Assembly (NCBI GenBank): GCA_017651425.1
Contig: JAGCCZ010000001.1
Coordinates: 6,222-70,221 of the forward strand
DNA: 64,000 bases
Direction: 5' to 3'
Source of the DNA: Bacteroidales bacterium
GTDB lineage: Bacteria; Bacteroidota; Bacteroidia; Bacteroidales; WCHB1-69
Within the stretch, counting starts at the first letter, position 1. Each line of letters starts with the position of its first letter. The notes beneath the pieces are model-generated. The model was not told where the DNA came from. It saw only the letters and a program-made list of their open reading frames with translations, and did no database searches. The translations under genes and the position numbers were made by a program. Below, one piece after another: positions 10,127-21,207 of this stretch.

Positions 10127-10471
10127 CTATTTTTTCATCAAATCTTATTGTTAATATTATGTTAATAACTTTTTTATAAAAACATGTTGTATTATTAATA
10201 ATTTGTCTATTTTTGCCGCGCATTGTTTGACAAAGGTAACCGGTAAGTCCCACCTATAAATACAATAAACAATTATCCCACATACTTTTGGCAATTACTT
10301 CATTCAAAATCCGGTTACCTTGTTTTAATTAGAAAAATAAATTAACAATTTATCATTAAAATCGGCAGGAAGCGACTATCTGTCCGCTGTCAGCATGCGC
10401 ATGTCGGATGACTGTCGGACATCGGCCGATGGTCAACCGCCTTTGACCTTTGACCCTATTTTCTTTTTTTG

Positions 10472-10479
10472 TATTTTTG
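10472..10479 (+). promoter_or_regulatory. -7 box TATTTTTG upstream of aspS
   Basis: Lies 22 nt upstream of ATG 10502. Confidence 0.55.
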
Positions 10480-10501
10480 CGCCCTCTAAAATTATAATAT
10501 A

Positions 10502-12262
10502 ATGTATAGAACTCATACTTGCGGCGAGTTACGTCTCGCCGATGTGCAGAAAGAGGTCACCCTGTGCGGGTGGGTTCAGAAAATACGCCATCTTGGCGGC
10601 ATGATATTCATCGATTTGCGCGACCGCTACGGCATCACGCAGTTAGCCTTCAACCACGAGCTGAAGTCCGAGTTGTGCGAGCAGGTGGAGAAGATGGGCC
10701 GCGAATGGGTCATCCAGGCCACCGGCATTGTCATCGAAAGATACAGCAAGAATCCGAATATCCCCACGGGTGAAATCGAGATTGACGTGCAAAAAGTGAA
10801 TGTGCTCAACGAGGCCATCACTCCGCCATTCACCATCGAGGACGTGTCTGACGGCGGCGACGAGCTCCGCATGAAGTACCGTTACCTCGACTTGCGCCGC
10901 AACCCCGTCAAAAACAACATCATTTTCCGTCACAAACTGGGCCTTGAAATCCGCAAATACCTCAACGGCCAAGGTTTCCTCGAAATCGAGACTCCCTTCT
11001 TGGTGAACAGCACGCCCGAGGGCGCACGCGACTTCCTCGTGCCCTCCCGCATGAACCCAGGCGAATTCTACGCCCTCCCGCAGTCGCCCCAGACCCTCAA
11101 GCAGCTGCTCATGATCTCCGGCATGGACCGCTATTTCCAGATCGTGCGCTGTTTCCGCGACGAGGACCTGCGCGCCGACCGCCAACCCGAGTTCACCCAA
11201 ATCGACTGCGAGATGTCGTTCATCGAACAGGAAGACATCCTCAACCTCTTCGAGGGCTTGGTGAAACATATTTTCAAGACATTCAAGAACATCGACCTGG
11301 AGCCCATCGAGCGCATCACTTGGGCCGATGCCATGAAATATTACGGTTCCGACAAGCCCGACGCACGCTTCGGCATGCGTTTCGTGGAACTCAACGACCT
11401 GTTGCAGCACAAGGAGTTCAAGGTCTTCAACGAGGCCGAGCTCGTGGTCGGCATCAAGGTCGATGGTTGCGGCAACTACTCCCGCAAGCAGCTTGACGGC
11501 CTCGTGGAGTTCGTCAAGAGCCCGCACGTGGGCGCTGGCGGATTGGTCTATATCCTTTGCAACGCCGACGGCACCTTCAAGTCGTCGGTGGACAAGTTCT
11601 ACGACCAAGAGGACCTCAAGGCGGTGGCGGCACGTTGTGAAGCCAAGCCCGGCGATCTCATCCTCATCATGTCCGGCAAGGCCATGAAGACCCGCACGCA
11701 GCTGTCGGCCCTCCGTTTGGAGATGGGCAACCGTCTCGGCCTGCGCAAGGCGGGCGAGTACAAGGTGCTGTGGGTCGTCGATTTCCCGCTGTTGGAGTGG
11801 GACGAGGAGACGCAGCGCTTCTATGCCATGCACCATCCCTTCACGGCTCCGAAGCCGGAGCATGAGGGCATGTTGGAAAGCGATCCGGGCGCTGTGAACG
11901 CCAACGCCTACGACCTGGTCATCAACGGCTCCGAGGTGGGCGGCGGCTCCATCCGTATCCACGACCCGGAGCTGCAGAAGCGGATGTTCAAGGCCCTGAA
12001 CTTCACCGAGGAACAGGCACAGAGCCAGTTCGGCTTCCTCATCGATGCCTTCCGCTTCGGCGCACCCCCTCATGGCGGCATCGCTTTCGGCTTCGACCGT
12101 CTCTGTGCCGTGCTCTCCGACTGCGACAGCATCCGCGACTTCATTGCCTTCCCCAAGAACAACGCCGGCCGCGACACGATGCTGCCCGCCCCCACCCCCA
12201 TCGCCCAAGCCCAGCTGGACGAACTGAACATCGACATCAAAAGCCCACAAAATGCAAAATAA
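10502..12262 (+). CDS. aspS: Aspartate--tRNA ligase
   Basis: 586 aa with class II aaRS motifs, including [18 protein letters not shown] and GGGSIRIH. Confidence 0.95.
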   Translation: MYRTHTCGELRLADVQKEVTLCGWVQKIRHLGGMIFIDLRDRYGITQLAFNHELKSELCEQVEKMGREWVIQATGIVIERYSKNPNIPTGEIEIDVQKVNVLNEAITPPFTIEDVSDGGDELRMKYRYLDLRRNPVKNNIIFRHKLGLEIRKYLNGQGFLEIETPFLVNSTPEGARDFLVPSRMNPGEFYALPQSPQTLKQLLMISGMDRYFQIVRCFRDEDLRADRQPEFTQIDCEMSFIEQEDILNLFEGLVKHIFKTFKNIDLEPIERITWADAMKYYGSDKPDARFGMRFVELNDLLQHKEFKVFNEAELVVGIKVDGCGNYSRKQLDGLVEFVKSPHVGAGGLVYILCNADGTFKSSVDKFYDQEDLKAVAARCEAKPGDLILIMSGKAMKTRTQLSALRLEMGNRLGLRKAGEYKVLWVVDFPLLEWDEETQRFYAMHHPFTAPKPEHEGMLESDPGAVNANAYDLVINGSEVGGGSIRIHDPELQKRMFKALNFTEEQAQSQFGFLIDAFRFGAPPHGGIAFGFDRLCAVLSDCDSIRDFIAFPKNNAGRDTMLPAPTPIAQAQLDELNIDIKSPQNAK

Positions 12263-13280
12263 CGACTCCTACAATTCCTTCGGCCTTCTGAAGTTCATTT
12301 GGAAGTGGCGCTGGTGGTTTGTCATCATCGGTCTGGCCACCGCCATCCTCTCCCTGCTCTGTTCCTATCTCGTGGCACCACGATACAAGTCCACCGCCGT
12401 GGTCTATGCCACACGCACCAACTCCAACGCCAAGATTCTTCTCAACAAAGAGAACTATAACGAGCGGCTCGAAGTGAAGGCATACGGCACAGAAGAGGAG
12501 ACCGAACAGCTCATGCAGTTGTTCAACGCATTGGAAATCAAAGATTCTCTTATCCAACGTTACAAGTTGGCCGAGCATTACGACATCAGCACCAATTCAA
12601 AGGGCTGGCAGACGAAGCTCTACAAGAAGTTGACCAGCAACCTGACGATCAAGCGCACGGACTTCGGGGCCGTCTCCGTCTCGGTGTCGGATGAGGACCC
12701 GCAGACGGCCTGCGACATGGCCAACTACGTCTTGCAGCTCATCGACACGGTGAAGAACCGCACGGAGTGTGAACGCGCCGCTGCGGCATACGCCGCCCTG
12801 AAGCGCCAAGTCGATTCCGTGGACAAGGAGATTGCCCGCATCGACGACTCCATCAAAGTGTGTATGGAGCACGGCGTCTTCCAGCTCGACGAGCAGACCA
12901 ACCGCGTCATGCAGCAATACGCCATCGCCGTGGCCCAAGGCAACCAGGCCGCCATCGCCCGTCTTGACAACGAGCAGCGCAAGCTCGCCACCTGGGGCCC
13001 GAAACTCGACGCCTGGCAGGACCTGCAGTACAACTTCCGCGAATACCAATCGCTCTGCAAAGAGAAAATGATGAGCGTCCAACTCGACATGCAGGGTGCC
13101 ATACCGGTCAAGTTTGTCGTGGACAGACCCATCGTTGCCGACAAGAAATACTTCCCCAAGCGCTCCGTCATCATGATTGTCTCCACCTTCTGTGTGCTGG
13201 CCATCACTTTGATTGTGCTCCTAATGATTGACAAAATTGAAGAAAAGCCTGCCACCAAGCCTGAAAAAGCTGTTGACTAA
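12252..13280 (+). CDS. Wzz-like polysaccharide chain-length determinant family protein
   Basis: It has N- and C-terminal TM helices flanking a coiled-coil periplasmic region. The ATG overlaps the aspS 3' end by 11 nt. Confidence 0.6.
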   Translation: MQNNDSYNSFGLLKFIWKWRWWFVIIGLATAILSLLCSYLVAPRYKSTAVVYATRTNSNAKILLNKENYNERLEVKAYGTEEETEQLMQLFNALEIKDSLIQRYKLAEHYDISTNSKGWQTKLYKKLTSNLTIKRTDFGAVSVSVSDEDPQTACDMANYVLQLIDTVKNRTECERAAAAYAALKRQVDSVDKEIARIDDSIKVCMEHGVFQLDEQTNRVMQQYAIAVAQGNQAAIARLDNEQRKLATWGPKLDAWQDLQYNFREYQSLCKEKMMSVQLDMQGAIPVKFVVDRPIVADKKYFPKRSVIMIVSTFCVLAITLIVLLMIDKIEEKPATKPEKAVD

Positions 13281-13302
13281 ACCGACAGGCGGACAATGGG
13301 CC

Positions 13303-14727
13303 ATGTTGCTCACCGCCATCGTGGTTGTCGTCATCAACTGCTTCGCCATCACCAAGGAACTTCCCATCATCCCCTTGCTGACTGGCGGTGTCCTCTTGGT
13401 CTATCTGCTCATCTTCCACGTCGATTGGGTGATGTACCTCATGGCGTTCCTCACCCCTCTTTCCATCGCCCTCGAAATCAAAGATTACAAGTTGGGGCTC
13501 TCGTTTCCAGGGGAAATCGTGATGATTGCCGTCACCTTCCTTTTCCTTTGCCGCATCATCTACGATCTGAGTCTTGACCGCAAGCTGCTGCGTCACCCCA
13601 TTTCCATTGCCATCTTCGTCTATCTGACCTGGATGTTTCTGACCTGTCTCACCAGCGAGATTCCGTTGGTGTCGTTCAAATTCTGGGCTGCGAAACTATG
13701 GTTCACCACTGCCTGCTATTGGATGGCCATCCAGCTTATCAAGGATGACAACCGCAACCTTTTGCGCTATTTCAACAGTTATGCGGTCGCCTTGGCCATC
13801 GTGGTCATCATCACCACTATCAAGCACGCACTCAGCGGCTTTGACGACAACTATGCCCACTGGGTGATGGATCCTTTCTACAATGACCACACCGCATACG
13901 GTGCGGTGCTGGCTTTCTTCTTGCCCATATCGGTCTGCTGTTTTTTCCTGCCGGGGAACAACATCCTGCAGAAGTTCTTCTATGCCGGCCTGTCGCTGAT
14001 TTTCTTAATGGGGTTCTACCTCTCCTTCAGCCGGGCGGCCTGGATCAGCTTAATGGTGGCCATCGGAGTCTTCGTGGTGCTGAAGTTGCGCATCAAGCTC
14101 TCGTGGCTTGTGGCCGCCGGAATCGTTTTGGGCACCGCTTTCTATTTCTATGCCGACGATATTCTCTACAAGATGAGCCGCAACAGCCAGGACTCCTCCG
14201 GCAACCTCACGGAGCAGTTGCAGTCCATATCGAACATCACGACGGACGCCTCCAATGTGGAGCGACTGAACCGCTGGAACTCGGCATTCGGCATGATTCG
14301 CGAGCGGCCCGTGGTGGGCTGGGGCCCCGGCACCTATCAGTTTGTCTATGCCCCATTCCAAAAAAGCCAATTCAAGACCATCATCACCACAGACTTCGGT
14401 GACGGCGGCAATGCGCACAGCGAGTACATCGGCCCCTGCGCCGAAAGCGGCATCATCGGGATGCTCACCGTATTTGCCCTCCTGTTTTGCAGCCTTTACA
14501 CGGGCATCCGCACCTACAACCATTCGCACGACCCCACCAAGCGTCTCTTCTGCCTGATGATGACCCTTGCCCTTGTCACCTATTTCGTCCACGGCACACT
14601 CAACAACTTCCTCGACACCGACAAGCTCTCGCTTCCCTTCTGGGGCGCTTTTGCCGTCATCACCGTGATGAGCCTCAAACCAGACAACCAACCTTACGCT
14701 GTCGAACCAGCGCAACAAAATCCATAA
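13303..14727 (+). CDS. O-antigen ligase/polymerase-like polytopic membrane protein
   Basis: Multi-TM protein with SFSRAAWISL and GWGPGTY...GGNAHSEY motifs typical of the family. The track start at 13228 is a TTG inside the upstream gene. The first ATG is at 13303. Confidence 0.7.
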   Translation: MLLTAIVVVVINCFAITKELPIIPLLTGGVLLVYLLIFHVDWVMYLMAFLTPLSIALEIKDYKLGLSFPGEIVMIAVTFLFLCRIIYDLSLDRKLLRHPISIAIFVYLTWMFLTCLTSEIPLVSFKFWAAKLWFTTACYWMAIQLIKDDNRNLLRYFNSYAVALAIVVIITTIKHALSGFDDNYAHWVMDPFYNDHTAYGAVLAFFLPISVCCFFLPGNNILQKFFYAGLSLIFLMGFYLSFSRAAWISLMVAIGVFVVLKLRIKLSWLVAAGIVLGTAFYFYADDILYKMSRNSQDSSGNLTEQLQSISNITTDASNVERLNRWNSAFGMIRERPVVGWGPGTYQFVYAPFQKSQFKTIITTDFGDGGNAHSEYIGPCAESGIIGMLTVFALLFCSLYTGIRTYNHSHDPTKRLFCLMMTLALVTYFVHGTLNNFLDTDKLSLPFWGAFAVITVMSLKPDNQPYAVEPAQQNP

Positions 14728-14730
14728 CCT

Positions 14731-16206
14731 ATGGCAAACTCCTTGAAAAAACTGGCGGGACAAACCGCCATCTACGGCCTCAGCAGCATTATCGGGCGTT
14801 TCCTGAACTACATGCTGGTGCCGCTTTACACCTACAAAATCGCCGCCGCATCCGGCGGCTACGGCATCGTCACCAACATCTACGCCTATACCGCGCTGTT
14901 GTTGGTGCTGCTCACCTTCGGCATGGAGACGACCTTCTTCTACTATGCCAACCGGGAAGACATAGACTCACGCAAGGCCTTCTCCACCGCCGGCAACGCC
15001 GTGGGCATCGTATCCCTGATATTCTGGCTGATATGCCTGGTGTTTGGCGGCGTGATTGCCAAAGGACTTCACTATGAGAGCCATCCGGAATACATCCGCG
15101 TAATGGCCACCGTGGTCGCCCTCGATGCCTTTCAGGCCATCCTCTTCGCCCGCTTGCGTAACGAGAACCGCGCCCTGAAGTTCGTCACTCTGAAACTCTC
15201 CTTCATCTTCAGCAACATACTGCTCAACCTTTTCATCTTCCTGGTGGCCCCGGCTTTGCAACAAAGCCACCCCGGCCTCATGAGTTGGTACGACCCCAAC
15301 TACCAGGTGGGCTACGTGTTCATCGTCAACCTCCTCTGCACCGCCGGCGTCACCTTTGGCTTCATCCCTGAAATCAAAGGGTTGCGCTATGGCATTGACC
15401 GCACATTGCTGAAAGACATGCTCAAATACACCTGGCCGCTGCTGCTGCTCGGCCTTATCGGCATCCTCAACCAGGTGGCCGACAAGATCTGCTACAAGTT
15501 CATCGTGCCCGGACAAGCCGGTGAAGTGCAACTCGGCATCTACGGCGCCTGCGTCAAAATCGCCATGATCATCGCCATCTTCACCCAGGCTTTTCGCTAT
15601 GCCTACGAACCCTTCGTCTTTGGTGGACAAAAAGACAAAAACAGCAAAGAGATGCAGGCCGACGTGATGAAGTATTATGTGATCTTCACCCTCATGGCCT
15701 TCCTGATTGTTGTACTCTACCTCGACATTTTCAAATATATTATCCAAGAAAACTACTGGGAAGGTTTGCGCACGGTGCCGATTGTGATGATGGCCGAAAT
15801 TTTCATGGGGGTCTATTTCAACCTCTCGTTCTGGTACAAACTCAACAAACAGACCTGGTGGGGCGCTATCTTCTCCGCCATCGGATGCGCCGTGATGCTG
15901 GCCATCAATTTCATCTTCGTGCCGAAGTATGGCTACATGGCCTGCGCGTGGGGCGGTCTCGCCGGCTATGGCACCTGCATGGTGCTCTCTTATATCGTCG
16001 GACAGCTCAAGAGCCCCATCCCCTACAAGCTGGGACCGTTGTTCGGCTACTTCGCCCTCGCCTTGCTGCTCTACTACTTCAGCATCCTCTTCCACCCGCA
16101 AAAGCAAATCTGGGTTTTTGTGGTCAACACGGTGCTGATGCTGGTCTATGTGGGCGTGGTGGTCTATAACGAACGCGAACTCGTCATGAAAGCGCTCCGA
16201 CGCTAA
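14731..16206 (+). CDS. Wzx-type oligosaccharide/polysaccharide flippase family protein
   Basis: 491 aa with roughly 12-14 TM segments. The N-terminus LAGQTAIYGLSSIIGRFLNYMLVPLYT is typical of the family. Confidence 0.75.
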   Translation: MANSLKKLAGQTAIYGLSSIIGRFLNYMLVPLYTYKIAAASGGYGIVTNIYAYTALLLVLLTFGMETTFFYYANREDIDSRKAFSTAGNAVGIVSLIFWLICLVFGGVIAKGLHYESHPEYIRVMATVVALDAFQAILFARLRNENRALKFVTLKLSFIFSNILLNLFIFLVAPALQQSHPGLMSWYDPNYQVGYVFIVNLLCTAGVTFGFIPEIKGLRYGIDRTLLKDMLKYTWPLLLLGLIGILNQVADKICYKFIVPGQAGEVQLGIYGACVKIAMIIAIFTQAFRYAYEPFVFGGQKDKNSKEMQADVMKYYVIFTLMAFLIVVLYLDIFKYIIQENYWEGLRTVPIVMMAEIFMGVYFNLSFWYKLNKQTWWGAIFSAIGCAVMLAINFIFVPKYGYMACAWGGLAGYGTCMVLSYIVGQLKSPIPYKLGPLFGYFALALLLYYFSILFHPQKQIWVFVVNTVLMLVYVGVVVYNERELVMKALRR

Positions 16207-16260
16207 CTGCCAGCTCTTGTCAATCTGTCATTTTTTAATCACTAACAATTTATCAATATC

Positions 16261-18696
16261 ATGAAGCGACTGGCTCTCCTCCTGCTCCTCTCTCTCCCTT
16301 TGCTCACCTTTGCTCAGACCTATACCGTGCGTGGTACGGTAGTGGACAGCGCCCGTCATGAACGGCTTTTCTATGTGCGTGTCGGACTTGTGACACCCGA
16401 CTCGAACATGAATGCGGTGGCGATGACCTTTACCGACGCGGAGGGCAACTTCACGCTTACCGATGTGTCGGCAGGCCGGTATAATCTCATGGCATTTTTG
16501 GTGAGTTACGCGCCCGTCACAAAACCTGTGGTCTTAGAGGGGGATAATTCCATTGTAGATGTGGGGCGCATCCGCTTGCGCAAGCAGAGCAACGCCTTGC
16601 AAGAGGTCACCATCGCCGGCGAGCGGCCCGTCTATATGGTGGACGGCGAGAAGACGATGTACAATGTGGCCGAGGACCCGACCATACAGGACGGTACGGC
16701 CGCCGATGCGCTGGAAAACGCTCCCGGCGTGGAGGTTGATATTGAGGGCAACATCACCCTCCGTGGCGTCTCCTCCGTGGAAATATGGCTCAACGACAGA
16801 CCCTCCCACCTCACCGAGGAGAACCTCAAGGAGTTCATCCAGCAACTGCCCGCCAACTCTTTGGAACGCATCGAGGTCATCACCAACCCTTCCGCCAAGT
16901 ACAGCTCCAAGAGCGATGCCGGCATTATCAATATCGTGACCACTTCCGCCATCAAGAAAAACAGCTTTGTCAGCTTCGGCATCCGGGGCTCCTCCTCGCC
17001 CAATGTCACCCCGTGGGTCTCCTACGTTTGGGCCAACCAGAAGCTCTCCCTGAACTTCTACCTCAACGCCAGCTATTCGTTCAAACGGAACAACAGTTCA
17101 ATGGCCTACACCCAATTCAACAACGAACACGACACCGCCACCACCTTCTACGGTTCCGGCAAAGGTCGTAGCCATAACATCAACACGGGCTTTAACTTCA
17201 ACGGGTCCTACGTCTTCGACACCCTCAACACCATGCGTTTCTGGGCCGGCACCTACCCTCGCTACAGCATCTCCAACAGCCTGTCCCAATCTCTGCGGCA
17301 GGAGTATTTCCCATACGAACTGTTCCAATACAACACCTCGGAGATTTCTGAAAGCCTCAGCGCCGGCGCCTACGGCGGATTAGCCTTCGAGCATATTTTC
17401 AACCGGCAGACAGGACACAAGATTGATGCCGACTGGACCTTCAACTATCGGCACAACCACGGCAGCTCCGACTATTTTCGCGACTATATGCAGCAAAACG
17501 AGCTGGACAAGCGACGCTTAGGCTCGCCCAAAGGCAACAGCTTCTCCACCTCGGCCAGTCTCGACTATGTGATTCCTTACCACAAAAACGGCGAAATAAG
17601 CGTGGGTGTCAGTGGCGACATCGAGATCGACAAGAGCCTCACCCTGTACGACACATTGGTGCCTGAAACGGACATCTACAACACGGACTCCTTGCGGCTC
17701 AAGGATGTGGATGACCGCGAGTACGACCTCGACGCCTACGTCACCATCCAGCACAAGTTCGGCAACTTCACCGTCAAGGGCGGCCTGCGTTCCGAATATG
17801 TCTTCTACGACTATCACATCCTCAACGCCCCTTACGGCGACGTGGCCAAGGGCTATTTCAGCCTCTACCCCTCCCTGCACCTCAGCTACCGCACCAAATC
17901 CATGCACAACTTCAGCCTGAGCTACACCCGAAGGGTCAGCAACCCGTCGGCATCGCGGCTGTCAACCTACATTTCATACGGGGAAGACGACTTTTCCATG
18001 GGCAACCCCTACCTGCGTCCCACCTACACCAACTCCGTGGAGGCCGGCTGGACCAAGTTCTTCAAGAAGTTCGGCAATGTGGGTATCAACGCCTATTTCC
18101 GAAACTCCAAGGATCTGACCAGCAACATGACCGATGTGATTTTCAATGACTATTTCGGGCGCATCGTCTCCTTCTCGCAGCCCGTGAATGCCGGAAAATC
18201 CTTCAACACGGGTACGGACCTGAATGTCACCTACCGTCTGAAGGCTTTCATGAACATCCGGTTTTACGCCAACCTTTACTACACGCGGTCGGAGTTCCAA
18301 TTCCGTAACGAAACCGACCCGCGCATCACTTCCAACCTCGGCTACAGCTTCCGTTTGCGTTTCTGGGCAAAGCTGTGGAAGAAACTGGAGGTCAACGTCT
18401 CCGCCAACTACCGTTCCAAGAATGTGTCGCTTTTCACGACCACACTGCCGCACTACTCCATCAACGCCGGCTTGCGCGCCGACTTTTTCGACCGGAAGCT
18501 CTCTGTTCATCTCAATGTGAACGACATCTTCAATTGGAACCGCCGCCGCACGACCAACGAGAACCCCTATTATGTGTCCACCAGCACCTACAAGAACGTG
18601 AGCCGCTTCATCACAGCGGGCATCACTTTCCGTTTCGGCAAGATGGAATTGGAGAAGAAGGCCACCGAGGACAGTGGCGTGGAAAGCACGGATTAA
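16261..18696 (+). CDS. Outer-membrane beta-barrel protein, TonB-dependent-receptor-like, with an N-terminal carboxypeptidase-regulatory-like domain
   Basis: It has a signal peptide, a YTVRGTVVDS...GNFTL Cna/CarbopepD_reg-like domain, a plug-like segment (DALENAPGVEVD) and an aromatic-rich barrel ending in GITFRFG. Confidence 0.8.
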   Translation: MKRLALLLLLSLPLLTFAQTYTVRGTVVDSARHERLFYVRVGLVTPDSNMNAVAMTFTDAEGNFTLTDVSAGRYNLMAFLVSYAPVTKPVVLEGDNSIVDVGRIRLRKQSNALQEVTIAGERPVYMVDGEKTMYNVAEDPTIQDGTAADALENAPGVEVDIEGNITLRGVSSVEIWLNDRPSHLTEENLKEFIQQLPANSLERIEVITNPSAKYSSKSDAGIINIVTTSAIKKNSFVSFGIRGSSSPNVTPWVSYVWANQKLSLNFYLNASYSFKRNNSSMAYTQFNNEHDTATTFYGSGKGRSHNINTGFNFNGSYVFDTLNTMRFWAGTYPRYSISNSLSQSLRQEYFPYELFQYNTSEISESLSAGAYGGLAFEHIFNRQTGHKIDADWTFNYRHNHGSSDYFRDYMQQNELDKRRLGSPKGNSFSTSASLDYVIPYHKNGEISVGVSGDIEIDKSLTLYDTLVPETDIYNTDSLRLKDVDDREYDLDAYVTIQHKFGNFTVKGGLRSEYVFYDYHILNAPYGDVAKGYFSLYPSLHLSYRTKSMHNFSLSYTRRVSNPSASRLSTYISYGEDDFSMGNPYLRPTYTNSVEAGWTKFFKKFGNVGINAYFRNSKDLTSNMTDVIFNDYFGRIVSFSQPVNAGKSFNTGTDLNVTYRLKAFMNIRFYANLYYTRSEFQFRNETDPRITSNLGYSFRLRFWAKLWKKLEVNVSANYRSKNVSLFTTTLPHYSINAGLRADFFDRKLSVHLNVNDIFNWNRRRTTNENPYYVSTSTYKNVSRFITAGITFRFGKMELEKKATEDSGVESTD

Positions 18697-18701
18697 TCAA
18701 A

Positions 18702-20006
18702 CTATTTTCTTCTGAAAAAGATCTCCATCGGCACGCCGCTGAAGTCCCAGTTCTTGCGAATCTGGTTTTCCAAGAATCGCTTGTAAGAATCAACGACGTA
18801 TTGCGGCAGGTTGCAGAAGAAGGCAAAGGCCGGATAGGCAAGGGGCAGCTGGGTGGCGTACTTGATGCGGATGACCTTGTCCTTGTTCATCGGGGGCGGC
18901 GTGTTCTGGATGATCGGCAACATCACATCATTCAGCTCTGACGTGGAAATTTTCCGCGTGCGGTTCTGATAAACCTGCACAGCCGTCTCCAACACCTTGA
19001 AGATGCGCTGTTTCTCCAACACGGAGGTGAAAATGATGGGCACGTCGTTGAAGGGCGCGATGCGGCCCTTGACGAGGTCTTCGTACTGCTTGTGGGTGTG
19101 GTTGTCTTTCTCAATAAGGTCCCACTTGTTAAGCACCAACACAACACCTTTGTGGTTGCGGGCGGCAAGACCGAAGATGTTGAGGTCCTGCTGTTCGAAG
19201 CCCTGCGAGGCATCGGCCATGACGATGCAGACATCCGAGTTTTCGATGGAGCGCACCGCGCGCATCACGGAGTAGAATTCCAAGTCTTCCTCCACCTTGC
19301 TCTTTTTGCGCAGACCTGCGGTGTCAATGAGGTAGAAGTCGAAGCCGAAACTGCGATAGCGGGTGAAGATGGTGTCGCGGGTGGTGCCGGCCAACGGGGT
19401 CACGATGTGCCGCTCCTCACCCAAGAAGGCGTTGATGATGGAAGACTTGCCCACGTTGGGTTTGCCCACGATGGCGATACGGGGCAGGTCATCGGGCAGG
19501 TTGTCGATCTCCTTGCTGAAATGTTTCACCACTTCGTCGAGCAACTCGCCAGTGCCGCCGCCGGAGGCAGCTGAGATGGGAAACACCTGTTCCACACCGA
19601 GCGCATAGAACTCCGCGTAGTCTAAAAAGTTGCTGGGACTGTCAATTTTGTTGACCGCCAAGTAGTAGGGCTTCTTGGAGCGGCGCAGAATCTGCGCAAT
19701 CTCCTCATCTAACGGGGTCAGCCCCTCGCGCCCATCGACCATAAAGACAATAACATCGGACTCATCGATGGCCAACTGCGCCTGCTTGCGGATCTCCGCC
19801 TCGAAGATGTCGTCGGAGCCCACCACATAGCCACCCGTGTCAATGACCGAGAATTCGTAACCGTTCCAGTCGGACTTGCCATAGTGACGGTCGCGCGTCA
19901 CGCCTGCCACGGAATCGACGATGGCTTCGCGCGCCTTGATCAAGCGGTTAAACAAGGTTGACTTGCCCACATTGGGCCTTCCAATCAGCGATAATATATT
20001 GGACAT
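18702..20006 (-). CDS. der: Ribosome-associated GTPase Der (EngA)
   Basis: It has two tandem G domains (GRPNVGKSTLFN and GKPNVGKSSIIN) and a KH-like C-terminus. Confidence 0.95.
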   Translation of the reverse strand: MSNILSLIGRPNVGKSTLFNRLIKAREAIVDSVAGVTRDRHYGKSDWNGYEFSVIDTGGYVVGSDDIFEAEIRKQAQLAIDESDVIVFMVDGREGLTPLDEEIAQILRRSKKPYYLAVNKIDSPSNFLDYAEFYALGVEQVFPISAASGGGTGELLDEVVKHFSKEIDNLPDDLPRIAIVGKPNVGKSSIINAFLGEERHIVTPLAGTTRDTIFTRYRSFGFDFYLIDTAGLRKKSKVEEDLEFYSVMRAVRSIENSDVCIVMADASQGFEQQDLNIFGLAARNHKGVVLVLNKWDLIEKDNHTHKQYEDLVKGRIAPFNDVPIIFTSVLEKQRIFKVLETAVQVYQNRTRKISTSELNDVMLPIIQNTPPPMNKDKVIRIKYATQLPLAYPAFAFFCNLPQYVVDSYKRFLENQIRKNWDFSGVPMEIFFRRK

Positions 20007-20008
20007 CT

Positions 20009-20028
20009 CTTAATTTCTTAGTTTCTTA
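20009..20028 (-). repeat. 20-nt A-rich motif TAAGAAACTAAGAAATTAAG that fills the yicC-der spacer
   Basis: Exact inverted match to 24196-24215. Confidence 0.8.
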
Positions 20029-20029
20029 A

Positions 20030-20902
20030 CTATAAAATATTTGCCAGCTGCTCCTTGAGTTTCTCCAACTCGTCCTTCATCCGGACCACGATCTGCTGAA
20101 TGTCAAAGTCGTTGCTTTTGGAGCCGAGGGTGTTGATTTCACGACCGCACTCCTGCACGATGAAGCCGAGTTTCTTGCCGTTGGCCTGGGGTTCTTCCAT
20201 GGTTTCGAGGAAGTAGTTGCAGTGTTTGCGCAATCGAACCTTCTCCTCGGTGATGTCGAGTTTTTCGATATAGTAGAAAATCTCCTGTTCAAGGCGGCTG
20301 GGGTCGTACTGGGTCTTGGTGGCCAGTTCGGCGAGCGATTTCTCGAATTTGGCCCGAAGGGTGACAATGCGGTTTTCCTCAAAGGGGGTCACCTCGTCGA
20401 TGGTGTCGCGGATGAGGCAGATGCGTTTCTCAAAGTCCTTGGCCAGCACGGCGCCCTCGGTGGTGCGGAACTCGTTGACCTGTCGGCAGGCATCGAGGAT
20501 GGCGTTGCGAACAGCCTCCCACAGCGTGTCGGACAGCTCCTCCTGCGGGGTGGAGATGACATCGGGCATACGCAGTGCCTGCAGGAAAATGTCGCTCTGC
20601 ACGGGATTGCCCAAAGACAGGGAGAGTTGCGACAGCGTGTCGTAGTACGACTTGGCGAGGGTCTCGTTGATGGAAACGGTCGTGGCCGTATTGCGGTCGA
20701 GCGTTAGGGTGAAATCGATCTTGCCGCGCTCGAGCTCTCGGGCGAGGATGGCGCGGATTTCGTTTTCCTTGTTGCGGAACAGCGGTGCAATGCGCGTGTT
20801 CACATCGAGTTGCTTGCTGTTCAAAGTGCGCACCTCAACGGTGACGGACTTGCCTTCGGTCTCTATGGTGGTGCGACCGAAACCGGTCATGGATTTGATC
20901 AT
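20030..20902 (-). CDS. yicC: YicC-family stress-induced protein
   Basis: MIKSMTGFGR is a typical N-terminus. The longer track ORF (start 20938) overlaps the -7 box, so I use ATG 20902. Confidence 0.88.
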   Translation of the reverse strand: MIKSMTGFGRTTIETEGKSVTVEVRTLNSKQLDVNTRIAPLFRNKENEIRAILARELERGKIDFTLTLDRNTATTVSINETLAKSYYDTLSQLSLSLGNPVQSDIFLQALRMPDVISTPQEELSDTLWEAVRNAILDACRQVNEFRTTEGAVLAKDFEKRICLIRDTIDEVTPFEENRIVTLRAKFEKSLAELATKTQYDPSRLEQEIFYYIEKLDITEEKVRLRKHCNYFLETMEEPQANGKKLGFIVQECGREINTLGSKSNDFDIQQIVVRMKDELEKLKEQLANIL

Positions 20903-20927
20903 AGCAGGGCGGTTTTTAAAAAGCGTA

Positions 20928-20935
20928 CAAATGTA
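20928..20935 (-). promoter_or_regulatory. -7 box TACATTTG upstream of yicC-der
   Basis: Lies 25 nt upstream of ATG 20902. Confidence 0.55.
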
Positions 20936-21207
20936 CATAATTTTTAAAATCGCACGGATGAATAATAATTACAAGCAAAAGCCATGGGCTTCGTTATCCT
21001 TGTAATTTCATTCACAAACAGTTACAAAGATAATAATCTGTGGTTCAGAAATTGTTCACTGCAATTAGTGATCGGTGATCAGTGATCAGTTTTGGGGTGG
21101 GCAGCGGAATATGTCGCAAACAGCTCATCTCCGAGGGGATGCCTATCTGTAGAGCGCTCCCGTATGCGGGCCAAATCCCCGTCAGGGGATTCATAACAGG
21201 GCTCGTC

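Noticed and set aside
18697-18701. Convergent outer-membrane-barrel and der genes separated by only 5 bp with no terminator
   Set aside because: This is probably just compact gene packing. There is nothing to test beyond transcript-end mapping.
21068-21089. Three tandem GTGATCR heptamers
   Set aside because: They form a single short intergenic occurrence with no partner elsewhere in the window and no obvious relation to a promoter.
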